Positions 12,188 to 24,504 of a stretch of 64,000 bases of DNA are shown here, in pieces. The translations under genes and the position numbers were made by a program. A model generated the notes under the pieces. That model was not told the DNA's origin, searched no databases, and saw nothing but the letters and a program-made list of their open reading frames with translations. Within the stretch, counting starts at the first letter, position 1; the number at the start of each line of letters is the position of its first letter. The stretch is from Trichinella spiralis (Eukaryota), in contig NW_003526941.1 of NCBI RefSeq assembly GCF_000181795.1, positions 1,460,624 through 1,524,623 on the forward strand, in the 5' to 3' direction.

Positions 12188-14042
12188 TCATGCATTTTTC
12201 AAAAGTGGTGCTGCTTTCGACACCGCGCAACGGTTGGGCAAATGGCATCGACCGCATGTTTCACAGTGAGTGAAAGTTAACTTCACGCATCGATTGCAAC
12301 TAAAGCAATGGTTGTACGCACGGCCATTCTGGAAAAATATCGGTATATTTATTCAAGAGCTCATTTTGAGAATAGTTACAATGAATTGAACGCTAACCTT
12401 GGATGTGCAGCTATTGCAAATGTTGCAGTGCAAATTCGTTTTGATGACAAATTTGTTGCAATGCGGACAAAAGCTAAATGAAAACAGCGTTCATGAAATT
12501 TGGTTGGAATGATAAAAATAAAAATTCATAAATTAATGAACATTATTCTTATTGTTATCATTTGACAATGTTAATTCTGTCCGACGAACCGATTTTCAAA
12601 ACGTACCGATATCTTGCGTCGTTTGTCGGCAAAACCACATCCGCCGGTGATAAAGATGTGAAAATTCGAATCGGTGATTTGTCTGCTTTAAAATTTGGAT
12701 GATTTTTATATTCTATCTGAAACAATCAACAATGGGAAAAGTGTTTGGAAAAATTGAAGACAAACCACCTACAATGTAGTCTAACATGTTCAAATTTGGG
12801 CAAGCTTGTAGAATCTTTTTCTCCATAAAATAGGGAAATATCCAAATAATTTCACATTTTGCAGTCACATGAGACGTATCATTCTTGTGAAGCTTGTGAA
12901 AAATTTTCTGCAACGAAATTAAACTTTTCCCAATTGCGCTGGTCAAACCACCAAAAGGAGGGTCGACAATGATCAATAACTTTGTGCTCTTTTTCAAGAA
13001 TTTCTTAAGATAACTGCGTCCAGTTTGTGTAAAAACATAATTGGCAAATAAGTTGTACTGCGCGCAGCGTGAAGGAGGCCAAAATTGTTCCTAAAATAAG
13101 CATAGAACAACTCATACAAGCAAGCGAATTTTCCCTGAATTGTGCCCTGGAGCAGCACAGCAGCATGCAATCAATCAAACAATAATCACAACAACTTCAA
13201 AATAAGCTTCAAGTTGAAATTAAACAAATCAAAGTTATACACTTACAAACCGTTCGTCATAATCTAGTAGAAAACTTTTCACCGATGCTTTCGACTTGAA
13301 CAAGTGTAACAATTCTTCATGCACTCGAGGTGTACCAATGCACAGTACGTGATCAAAGGACAGTTCAAGTGGCAATTTTGCCAAAAATTTCGCACAACTG
13401 TCGGAAAACCAATACTGCTAAAAGAAAGCAACCATTTAAATTCAGTGAATACAAGGAAAATGTTCAGATCGAACCGCTTCTTTCTTTTCGCTTTTGGAAG
13501 CTGTAAGCCACATGCATGGTCGATTTAAAAGTCTGTTGGTGATGTTGAATTTCAATTTATGCTGCACGTGCTTGGACCGTTCCTCGGGCAGAACAAAATG
13601 ACCACATGTAAAGCAAAACTGTCGATCCTGTTTGTTTTGTTTCACTTTACACAATCTGAACAACAAAACTGAACAATAATCCAATGTGTAGTTTATTTAA
13701 GTTGAACTTCAGAAAACCAACTCAACACCTGCGATAAGCTTCCACAGGTTCAAAGCGACGAAGCATTCGAATTTTCTTCTTCGTATCAACAACTTTCTGT
13801 TTTGGAAATTTCTTTCCAACGGGCCAATAAAATGAACATTTCTTCCTATCTCGACACACAGAGCAAGCATAAAATGATATTTTTCGATTTTTTCTTTTGC
13901 GACAAAACTTCAAACATGGTCCTTAAAAATTTACAATATTACAATTGAAAAATTATTTCACTGAAGAAAAAAGAGATTATTCTATACCGTGAATACAATA
14001 CGGGCGAACATGTTGAGGTATTGCAGTTGAATTTTTTGCCAT
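12188..14042 (-). CDS. ZCCHC4: rRNA N6-adenosine methyltransferase ZCCHC4 (28S m6A), multi-exon
   Basis: N-terminal GRF-type zinc finger PYCIHG|PCLKF..FYACSVCRDRKKCSFY, QFCFTC, KKEA|QYWFS, SAM-binding VLCIGTPRVHE, SFLLDYDERF, catalytic IIVDPPFGGL, IWIFPYFME, SPIRIFT and C-terminal Cys/His clusters; stop at 12188-12190. Confidence 0.93.
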
Positions 14043-15509
14043 TATAATAAAATAAATTAATCACAACTATTTATACAAAGGCATAGCTGTGAGAAAAACC
14101 TGCAATTCTAATATTACTGTAATACCGTATTGAATTACCGTAAATAGAAATAAAGTAATTGAAATTCGACTTTTTCAAATTTGTTTTCTACTGTACACTT
14201 GCAATACGTTGCTGATATTGCACTTGAAACTATGCAATATGATCAAATAACTCAAATTTGAATATATAATTTAACTGATACCTTTCTGCATATAGAAAAC
14301 GCTTTTTAGATTGAAGTTTCATATATGTTCTTATGAAGATGAAGATTTTTACATAAAGTAAACTTTTATTTTTCTACAGGAACATATGTACTTTTAACTT
14401 GATATTTATGAAAAATTCAATAATTCCATACGTTAATAGAATCGAATGGAATAGCCGATCAGAGCATTTGAATCTGTCAATGTAGCAAGTTATCCCACAG
14501 GGGTGAAAAGGGTAAACGAGATGAAAGTATCAAATTGGAGTCATTTCCATTAAATCGATCGTATTAAATGTAGCAGAAAGAAGTTTAAATTTAAAAAAAT
14601 AACAGAGAAAATCTAGATCAAGAAGAAATTTATTGTAATGTAGAATACGGATAAGCAGCGAAATGTTTTCATTACGCATATCACATCGAGCGTGGGCAGT
14701 TGAAATGATGAAAAGATCCGAAATGTAGGCGACGAAGTGAGTGAGTGGATCAGTGGTGAATCAATCAATGACAGTTGAAGTTGGAAATTTTATTTGAAAT
14801 GATTCATGCATTACTTAAAATGAAATTGTCAATGAATTTCAAATACAGATCCGCAAACACAGCTTGTGCGTTACAACTTACCCATTAACTGAATTTATCA
14901 GCAAGTAGTATTTAATTAGCAGAATTGATTCATTCTTTTCGTTTCTTCCTTCAATAAAACTCACCTATAAATAAACAGTAAAAAAACCAAAATAACACAG
15001 CTTTCCCTTAATGAAGTACAATCTGGAACTGAAAAAAGAATAATTATGCATACATCACTTGCGAACGAAACAGGCTGCAAACAGAAAAAACACGTGCAAA
15101 AAAAACACCGTGCAGTGTATTGAATATTAATTAATCATTAAAACGATTAAACAATTGTTTCAAAATTTAACAATCCGGGTTGTTGAAAAATGAAAATTTC
15201 TTTCTTCTCCTTCCTAAATGAAAAGACAAATAATTCGGAAGTGATCACTGAAGTGATCGTTGATTCAGTATGAATCAGTGTTTACGGAGTTTTCAATTAG
15301 TAAAATGTTTGCCCGCGCAGCCGACAGCTGAATAAGTTTGCAGTAGAGCTCCAGTTGTGGAACCAAGTCAATTATACAACGTACCAATGGCAACATTCCA
15401 TGGTCGTGTCTGTTTGCCCATCTGCTAGTCGTTTGGGTTAAAAAGGAGCCTGCATCACAGGGCAAGCAGTATGTACTCGGACTTGTGTCGTCGTTCAACC
15501 AGTCCAGTG

Positions 15510-16196
15510 ATGTTTTGCAAATTGAACATTCTCCTGTGCCTTGGTGCAACAATGTGCGCTTTTGTGGCGTCGTCGCAAAACGACGTTGAAAATGACATCG
15601 CCATCAAGCCATGCAAGCGAAATGCAACTTACCAATTGGACATGGAAATGGCGTTGCTGACCGACGAAAACGGCATGCACATCTACCCGGTGGATTTGTC
15701 CAAAAATCTGGTCTTTCACATGCTGTTGATGAACAAGGGAGATCAAATTTTCAAAACTGTCACTGATGCAACTCTACAAATGAAACTCACCTATTTTGGT
15801 AAAGAAAAATGGATAACCATACCCACTATGGGAATGCTGTAAGATTGATTTTTCAAATAATACCATTAAGAAAATACATATATCGTGTGTACATGTATAA
15901 ACCAACTGATCACAAGCACACATACACATTTTAGCAGCAACATTCGAGAATGTTATGCATGCCCAATGCCACACGGTGAAATTCCAATTGTACAAGAGCT
16001 GCCGTTGAACGCTTACGGTCCATTGTTGAAAAAGATCGGCGGAGGAGTAAGCAGAATGAAAATTCCATTTCGTGTTCAATCAATCAGTCCAATTGTGCAT
16101 TTTCAGGGTACCTATGCAGTTACTGTATCAGTTAAAGAGGATACGCCTGAGAAAAGAGAACTGATGTGCAAAAGAATCGAAGTAAAATTGAAGTGA
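15510..16196 (+). CDS. Secreted ML (MD-2-related lipid-recognition)/GM2-activator-like protein, 3 exons
   Basis: Signal peptide MFCKLNILLCLGATMCAFVASS; Cys near the N-terminus (IKPC), YPVDLSK, WITIPTMGML|, CYACPMPHG, |GTYAVTVSVK..ELMCKRIEVKLK. About 170 aa with ML-type Cys spacing and a beta-rich pattern. Confidence 0.65.
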
Positions 16197-16820
16197 ATCC
16201 ACCACCACCACCACCACAATGCTATTAACAATGCCGCCCATTTCAAATAGTACTAATTTATTTATATTATAAATAAAATTCAACTATGAGCTTTCAAATG
16301 TTCAAATATCACGCAAAAGAAAAAACAAAAGCAAACTTTTTTAGCAACGTTTAACTTAAAATTCCAACAACTGAACTGACAAAGAATGCTAAAAGTTGTT
16401 GGACAAAAAAAATATTGGATAATAAAATATAATAATAACCGAAAGTGAATTTCAACCGAAAGGCGGCAAATTGTGGACAACGTTTTCCATAAATTCCAAG
16501 CAACATAAAATTCATGAAAAAACAACAACCAAACTTGCCGCCAAGTTTGGCAATGGAAATGAAACAGCTTAACAACAGATAACTATTTTATTCCATTCGT
16601 ATTCGAACTTCAAGCTACGTCGTTCAACGGTCTTACCTGATAAAACAAACAGGGAAGATAAAACATAAACATAACTATGAAAAATTCCCAACAGCAATAA
16701 TAACAATAATAAAATTCAAATGCTGTTGCTGGTTAATAAAATATTACTGCTTGCGTTAAGTAAAAATGAAATTGCAAAAAAAATACAAATGCAACCAACA
16801 GAATGCTTGCAAATGATGGA

Positions 16821-19656
16821 TCAACGACGTTGACGACGTTTATAGAATTGGGTTTTGCCGTTGTCCTTCATTCGTCGCTGCTTGACAACACCCCTCTGCT
16901 TGATCTCCTCCCATTCGGCATCTTCTTTTTCGTCGTCTTTTTTGTCTTCGACTTCTTCTCCTTTTTGCGCTTCAACTGTGCTGTTCCATTTTTCTCGATC
17001 CTTGATCAGTTCCTCGATGAGGAAGCGAATTCTCACTGCGACATCATCTTTCCGGGCAACTGCCAGCAGATATTCGTAAATGTCGTCGACTGACAGGAAC
17101 CGCCGCTTCGGTTCCCGTTCCATCTGCTGGCTGATCCTCAGCTCAAATTCCCGACCCATCGTCGACAACAAAACGCAAACGTGCTCCACAAAAATGTCCT
17201 CCTCTTCAATCATCATGTTCATCAAGCATTGCTGCACAATGGTCAATGTAATCATTCGCCACAAAAACAGCTTCCCAATCAGCCGCATAATGCCGATGGT
17301 GTGGCGTTTTGTGGATGCGCTCTGCTCATCAAATGCTGCTTCCAATTCGGCGCGCGTGCTCGGATCTTCTACACGTCGCAATGCTTCTCCTCGCTGGCGT
17401 AATTCAGAATACACCCGACGGATCGAACCGAACTGCGATTGGCAGAGATTCAGCAGTTCGGTTCGGGTGCTTTTGGGACAGTTCTTTTGTTCATCATTGC
17501 TTGTCTGCCTAAAATCTTCGCTGCATATTTTGCAGCACAATTTGACGTAAATTTCCGAAAAGCCCGGCTCTTGGACAGCTTTGTCGAACATCAGACGAGC
17601 CAACATTTTCGCCCTCTCGGCGGTGGTGCATCGGATACTGATACCAAAAAATTGCACGGCCAATTCTTCGAACGTTTGCTCGGTCATTTTGTTCAATATC
17701 ATGCGCGCATCGTTCATCAAATCCTGCGTCTCAAGCTGCTCTGCCGTCAATTCGGCATTGTTGCGCTTCCAAGACGGCACCCAAGCATTACTGTCCTGGT
17801 GAAGATGCACCTCCGCGTTTGGAATTCTGTGCTCAATAACAATATCCGGGCTGGTTCCACTCTGCCCTTGTGGTGCCACTTCAATGGAGGAGCTCTTTGT
17901 TGATTTATTATTCTCTAATTCATCATCCCTAAAGTACGGCTTCTCGGGTAGTATGATGTCGTTGAAAGCTTTCAAATTCAAAATCAACGATCCCTGCGGT
18001 TGAACAAAACAACACTTCAATTTGCCGATCTCCAACATCTCGGTCGAACTGTATCCGATGATCCGTTTGCGAAAAACTTCATTCGTTCTGAACAGTTCGA
18101 TGCTTTCCAATCGTCGCCCCAGCTGGCCCACTTCCAACGATTCGTCTTGACGTTTTCCCAAATTGTTCTCCAAATTCAAACCAGCTCCAGTCGACAAGCG
18201 GGAAACAATGGGCGCTTCATCTTCTTCGCCACCTTGTTCGGCATTTTCCTTCGTGTAACCATTTTCCAAATGCTCACCAACATTGTTGCCTGGCCGCTTT
18301 TCTTCTTCTTCATCGTCCACGGCCATGCGAACGAAGCGCTTCGTTGCAACAGTGCTGCGGCCCTTGCTCAACCACTGTTCAACGTGACCCTGCTCACTGC
18401 TAACATTACCGGCGGTTGCACATTCCTCCCGCCTGGAGCCACTAATCCCATTCGCAGAGGCAACATTACTGCTCACAGTTAATTCCCCTTTCGATATAAA
18501 AATAGACGCTTCAGCGTTGTCGCCAGCAACAAACTGCATGGGGATCAAAATGGGCACCATCTCCATCTCTTTCCATTCATTGCTGCTCGAATCCGGTATG
18601 GACATTTTCATCCCATTCAGACGCAACAGTGGAATTTTCATAGTTTCCGTCGACGCTGCTTCAGTAACTTCTTTCGGCTTATTTTCTTGTCCGTTCTCTT
18701 TTTGCGGCGCAACTGTCGAATCATCTGCCGGTGAAGTTTGTCGTTCCGTGAAATCATAAGCTACGACCACTCCACTGCGGCTAACTATGCCCTGCTGAAA
18801 TGGCGCCAGGTCGTTGGAGAGGGAGGAAAATTTATTCTTAAAAACAATTCTGTCAATTTTGTAAATTGAAAATTTATTTAAAAGTTTTTACCCATGCATT
18901 ACATTCGCCCAGACCGTTTTCATAATCTGAAATATTTCATCATCATTAATAATTCAGTAGATATTTAAAAAAATGGAAACTATTTATACTTTTAACACTC
19001 AATGCTTGTTCTTGTAAAAAAAATTAACAATATAAATTTTAAAATAATCAGACCTTCGTAGAAATTAGAGCGCAAATAATGCGCCAACAAGTAGATTCCA
19101 TTTGGCTCATCCAAAAGTTGCTTGAGCTGTGCTTTTGACAAGCGAAAAGGCCTTTCATCTTCACTGTCAGGCTCTTTCGGTCGCGTTAAGCCTTCCACAT
19201 CTGAGCTCAACAGTGACTAAAAGTGAAAATAAATGAAAAATATACAAAAAACACAAAAATCAAAAAATAAAAGCTAAAATTTTCCTCAACACTACTAACC
19301 TTGACTTCCACACTAGCCTTCTCATCGGCTGGGCTCTTCGGCAACGGTTCTTCCACCTCATTACTGTCCAACTTCAAATCACTTTCCACTGAATTATTAC
19401 TCTTCAAAAGTGAAAAAAATACAAATTAATACAAACTTCCCAAATTCACGTTAACGTTTCTGATAATAATTACAAATTCACGAGGGCTATCATTCACATT
19501 GCGGAAAATGGTAAAAGAATTTCCCATAGTGCCGTTGCGATGATCAACACCAACTGACGGTACAAACTGCTCTGTCGAATCTACAGACTTTGCTTCACCA
19601 TTCCCATTGTCACTTGCACCATTTGAAACGTTCAAATTCGATCTTTCATCGGACAT
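16821..19656 (-). CDS. Divergent eIF4G-like protein with MIF4G (HEAT-1) domain and 4E-binding-like motif; no MA3/W2 domain visible
   Basis: A ~2-kb exon encodes KRIIGYSSTEMLEI, EVHLHQDSNAWVPSWKR, ARMILNKMTEQTFEEL, MFDKAVQEPGFSEIYVKLC, RTELLNLCQSQF, KRHTIGIMRLIGKLF, EHVCVLLSTMG and RIRFLIEELIKDREKW. Four small upstream exons from MSDERS (19656) join through GT-AG introns. Confidence 0.85.
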
Positions 19657-20996
19657 TTTCCTACATGACATGAGTTATACTGTAAATTTCACAAAACAAA
19701 GCAAATCAAGGAAGCAAGTTGAACGATGACACAATATTTGTCGGACAAAAAATTATAAATGCGAAAAATTAAAGCAAAAAAAAGAAAAAATTTTTCAACG
19801 GAAATATTATTTACAAGTCGTTCAGCCAACAGAACATCTGGGTAAAGTAAATTGAAAAATTCATCGATGAAATAACAATTTCTCACAAATATTTAACAAG
19901 AAAAAATAATGAATAGATCAAAAAGTCAAAACACATACTTATCAGAGCACAATTAAAGGCAGCACACGCGACGACTGAACGACCGCTAACTGACGAAATG
20001 CTCAAAACCACTGCACATATATATACAGAGGAAAGCTTTAAACTGAACAAAAAAAGAAAATAAGGTTTCTTTACAGTATAAATCTTACAGTATACATATT
20101 TTATTCTATTTAAAGTGAAATAAATTTGAAAATAAAATGCATAACATCACTTCTGTAGTAGGGAATTATCGGTAAAAATGGTACAGAGTTCTAGAGCATT
20201 TTTATTCCAATCTTTCCTTCAACTTTTATCATTTAAGAGGAAAATTTAGAATTTACACCAATGGAAGAAAAATTATTGGAATAAAATAGACCGTATCAAA
20301 ATTTTTACATTTAATTCCTAGAGGAATAACAATTCGCTATAATCGGTACTCTAGAAAGTGCAAAACTGACGTTCGAATGAACGATTGTGAACAAACTTAT
20401 GCTTAAATTATCAGCTTCAAATATATATATATATATATATATCAATAAATACAAATTTAAATATAAATATTTAGCAAAACAATAATAATGTATTTAAAAT
20501 TGAAAATTTGAAATAGAATTTGTCGAAAATCTACAAATTCACTCAAACAATTTAGAAACGTTAAAACAATATATAATAATACAATATAAAAATGGATCAT
20601 ACCTCGAAAAAAGATAAAAACAATTGTTCACTCGGTTTTGACGTGGGACAGAGACGCCGTCAAATATCGTCTGCTAGTACAGTAAGAGAAATGAAAATTG
20701 AAAAAAACAACAACACAAGCTACAGTTTAGCATAGTATAGCAAAGCGATTAAAATTATTCGGCATGTATAAAGTAAATAACAGTATAAGGAACTGATTTC
20801 AATCAAAGAAAAATTTAAAGTTGGATTTGTAACAATTTAATCAGTGATAAAATATGTATATACGTGCTATAATGATAACATTGAAAAAACAAAGAAAAAA
20901 TAGTAAAATTTTCAAAAAATTTCCAATAAAATGTCAACAGTTTTCAACTTTTTTGACTGTAGAGTTATGTTCAGGGTAGGTTGTGGATTGAATTAT

Positions 20997-23900
20997 TTAT
21001 CGGTGAATTAATTCATCGAACACTGTAGAAGTGCCTTGTTCTTTCAACAATCGACGCCTTTTGCGAGTCGACGGTGTCTAATTGAGCATGGGAAAGCAAA
21101 TTTACAAAAATAGAGAAAACATTTTTGATAATTTTCACTTACAAGCGTGTCAAAATTTCGAGGCGTATCGTCTTTAGGCGGTGTTATAGGGAAAAATATA
21201 TTTTTCGAAAAATCATGACAAGAATTGCTATCTGCTGAACATTTGTAGGCAGTTTCCAGTGCTGACTGACTTCGCCTGAGCAAAGATTCAGACGAGTGAT
21301 AATCCATCGACTACAAGACAACATATCAAATCTATTAGAGAAAACGAAAAGAACAAAACGAATAATAATGCTGATGAATGAAGAACCTGCGAGAAGATGA
21401 CCGAATGGGCAGCAGTAGCACCATCATCATCAGCAATCGACGACCAAAAGCCTGTGATTTCAACTTGGCCACTTTTTCTGCTCGCCTCTCCAACTCCTAA
21501 TCATTCACTGAGCACCCACTGCGGTATGTGAAATGAAATAAATTTTTCCTTTAAAAATATACCCTGTGAATCATCTGCGCGTAGCGCTTGCATTCCAAAC
21601 TGATAAATTCGACTGTTCGTATCATTGCCAAACAAAATTTCCTCTTCGGCTGATTCGTTCTATAATAATACATACAAAGTGTTGTGCCTGCTCAAAATCA
21701 ACAACCGACAACTGAAACATTTTCCCCATTACCATTTCCATCATCAATCGCATACGCTCTAGTCGTTCTTGCTGCCATTTTTCGAATGTCGTATTCGCCT
21801 CATTTTCTTCGTCGTCACTGTTGTCATGATCGGCATTTCGTGCTTGTCCCTCTTCTTCATCTTCTTGATCAGAAATGAAATGAAGCTTTCCGCATTAAAA
21901 AAAACCACTCCATACATACTTGCAGCATTTCTCTTCCAAGCAAATCGTCTTTCTCGGATAGATTTACGCTGCTTGCGACTGTCAATCAATGCTTCTTTGT
22001 ACATTTCCACCAGCTGCCGGTCGTCGTCCAACATTTGTTTCCTGCAAAACCGTTGTTCATGGACATTGACAAGAAGCCAAATCAGTAGTTTGAATAAAAT
22101 CAAAATCATACAAATGAATTTTGCCAATTTCCTCACGCAGCTCGTTTTCCGACTTCACGACGTCCGCATCGCCGGCCTCGGCTTCATATTCGTCCACCTC
22201 ATCAACATCCGAAAACATTCAACAAGCAAAATATCCACTGTCCATCAATAATGATCCAATAATATACCTCGTCATCTCCGGAATCTTCTTCCTCGTCACT
22301 GGAAGACAGTACCGCTTCTGTGTCCAAAAATTCCTTCCTTATCCTAAAATTGACCAACAATTACCAAACCTTACTTTGCGTTGGGAAAAGAATAAATTTA
22401 CTTTTTTCTACTGTCCAAAAATTTGCTCCTCTTCACTTTCTTCAGCTCTTCCAACACTTGATTACCAAAAATGTTCTGTTCGCAATTTTCCGCATCGTCT
22501 GGAAGGTCTTGTTTCACATTTTCTTCAATCCGAAATTCATTGCTTTCAATTTTGCCTAAAATGTCACTATTCTGATCTTTAACAGCAGAACATAAACTGT
22601 TCACGTCTACTTGTGTCCGCTTGAAATGGTGACTCAAAATTCACCGGCATCCGTTCTGCATCAAAGCTGAAGGCAAAATCCAATCAAATCTTCGCATAAA
22701 ACAAAAAAAAAATCAGCATTATTAATTTCAAACCCACCCATCCTGCGCATCTTCGTCGAAAACAAGACGAGATGGCGCCGCTGGTAAAGGGCGCCTCCTG
22801 GGCAAACCGGAAGCAAGTGAATAATTTGCAGCCACGATCGGTGACGATGCAAACGGAGCTGAGCAGAAAAATTCCAACGACGTGTCCGCGTCGAAGCGAC
22901 ATTTAGGCGTTGCCACGTTCAAACGACCACTCACCAACGGGGATTCGGAAAACAGAAGCTTGCTTTGCGTGCACGATGTGGTGGAATTGCTCTCCGACCT
23001 CGGCGTCAGTACCATCTCCCCGCTGCTGGTCAGCTTCTCGGACGACGGAAGCAGCTCTGAATATGACAAACTGCTCGAACACAGCTCATCTTCCTTTTTA
23101 CATTCGTCTGACGACAATAGTCCATCAGGGTTGAAAAATGAATCCTGAGCTTTGATACTGAAACAATTGAACTGCTTGACAAAACAGGAAAAAAAGACAA
23201 TCCCAACAAGCATTACGGAGCCGCATCTGCTTCGACAAAACTGAACGTGTCATCGAGATTCGGCTTACTGTCATCGTGGAAGAAAATATTCTCCATCGAC
23301 AGATCTCGCAAACTTTTAACATTACGACGTTGCAACAGATTCGAACACGTCGGCTAGAACAGAACAGACATCGCAATTGTGGAAAAATAATCATAAAGAA
23401 ATTTAAATAAAACGCTTGCTTGATCATCAACTTTGCAACCGTCATCTGTACCGACAGTGATCCGTTCTTCGGAAAATAAAACTCGAAATTAAAAACACAA
23501 ACAAAAGAAATAAATATTTCTACCTTGAACAGTAGTTTGATATTCTGTGTAACCGTTGTCACTTTTTACAGAAGCCTTTGGCGGCCTAGACGGCACTTTT
23601 TCATTGTCAGTTTCGTCATTGCATTTTTGTTCTTCATCTTCATCTTCGCTTTCACTTTCCATTTTCAAAGGTCGCTTGTGTCTAGAAGCAATTTCCTCTT
23701 CATCATCTTCTTCAGCATTTTCGTTCTCTGCACAATCCTCTTCCTCTGTCTGCTTCCCCTGATCATCATCCTCATCATCATCATCTTCTTCGCCCTCTTC
23801 TTCTTCCTGTTGTTCATTTTCAGTCTCCTGCAGTTGCTCTTTGTCTTCATCGTTGATTTTCTCCTTCTGTATAAAAAACCCCCGTTTAAATACAACTAGC

Positions 23901-24504
23901 AAGAATTAATTTGCCATTTTCTTTCGTCTTGGCGTAACCCTAAAGCTTTCTTCCAAATCTACATCTACAAAAGGCTGAAGGGACTTCCGTGACTGATGTT
24001 CATCACGTCGTTGTTGTTGATCAAGCGCATATTGTTCGTATCGCCTCTGCAAATCAGCTCGACGTCTCGCCGTCAAACTTTCCTGTATCTGCTTCTTCAG
24101 GTCAGACCTTCGGAAAACTAAATATCACAAATCTATCTTTCTGTATGTTTGTTGCTGTTAAATTTTATTTCAAAAAAAATCAAACTTTTCTTCGGCGATT
24201 CTTTTGCTGCTGCGTTTCTAGAACACAAATTCGTGAACAGCATTTAATTCTGATTTTAGTGCATTTTGAAAAAAATAATAACAAACTTTCTGAATAATTT
24301 GGGAAACAGACGTTCAGCCAGAGATGGTTTCGGCGAACGCCAGTCATCCAAATCCAACAACTTCCCATCCGACGGACCAGTCAGCTTCGGCACTCCTGAG
24401 AACCGAAGAGTGGACAGTAATTTCGAAAAACGCTTTGGCTGCTGTGTGCTCGAAACTTTTGAATCGTCACTAGACACATTCGAACTGCTTTGTTCCATTG
24501 CCAT
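20997..24504 (-). CDS. CLSPN: Claspin (Mrc1-like replication checkpoint mediator), multi-exon; possible further 5' exons at about 24940-25470
   Basis: PKLTGPSDGKLLDLD, LKKQIQESLTARRRADLQRRYEQYALD, acidic tract, LEFFCSAPF (Chk1-binding-like), EFLDTEAVLS, ELREEIGKIHL|KQMLDDDRQLVEMYKE..RERRFAWKR and C-terminal STVFDELIHR*, in Claspin order. Confidence 0.8.

Noticed and set aside
16803..18759. Many 67-160 aa plus-strand ORFs
   Set aside because: Antisense shadows of the long eIF4G-like exon.
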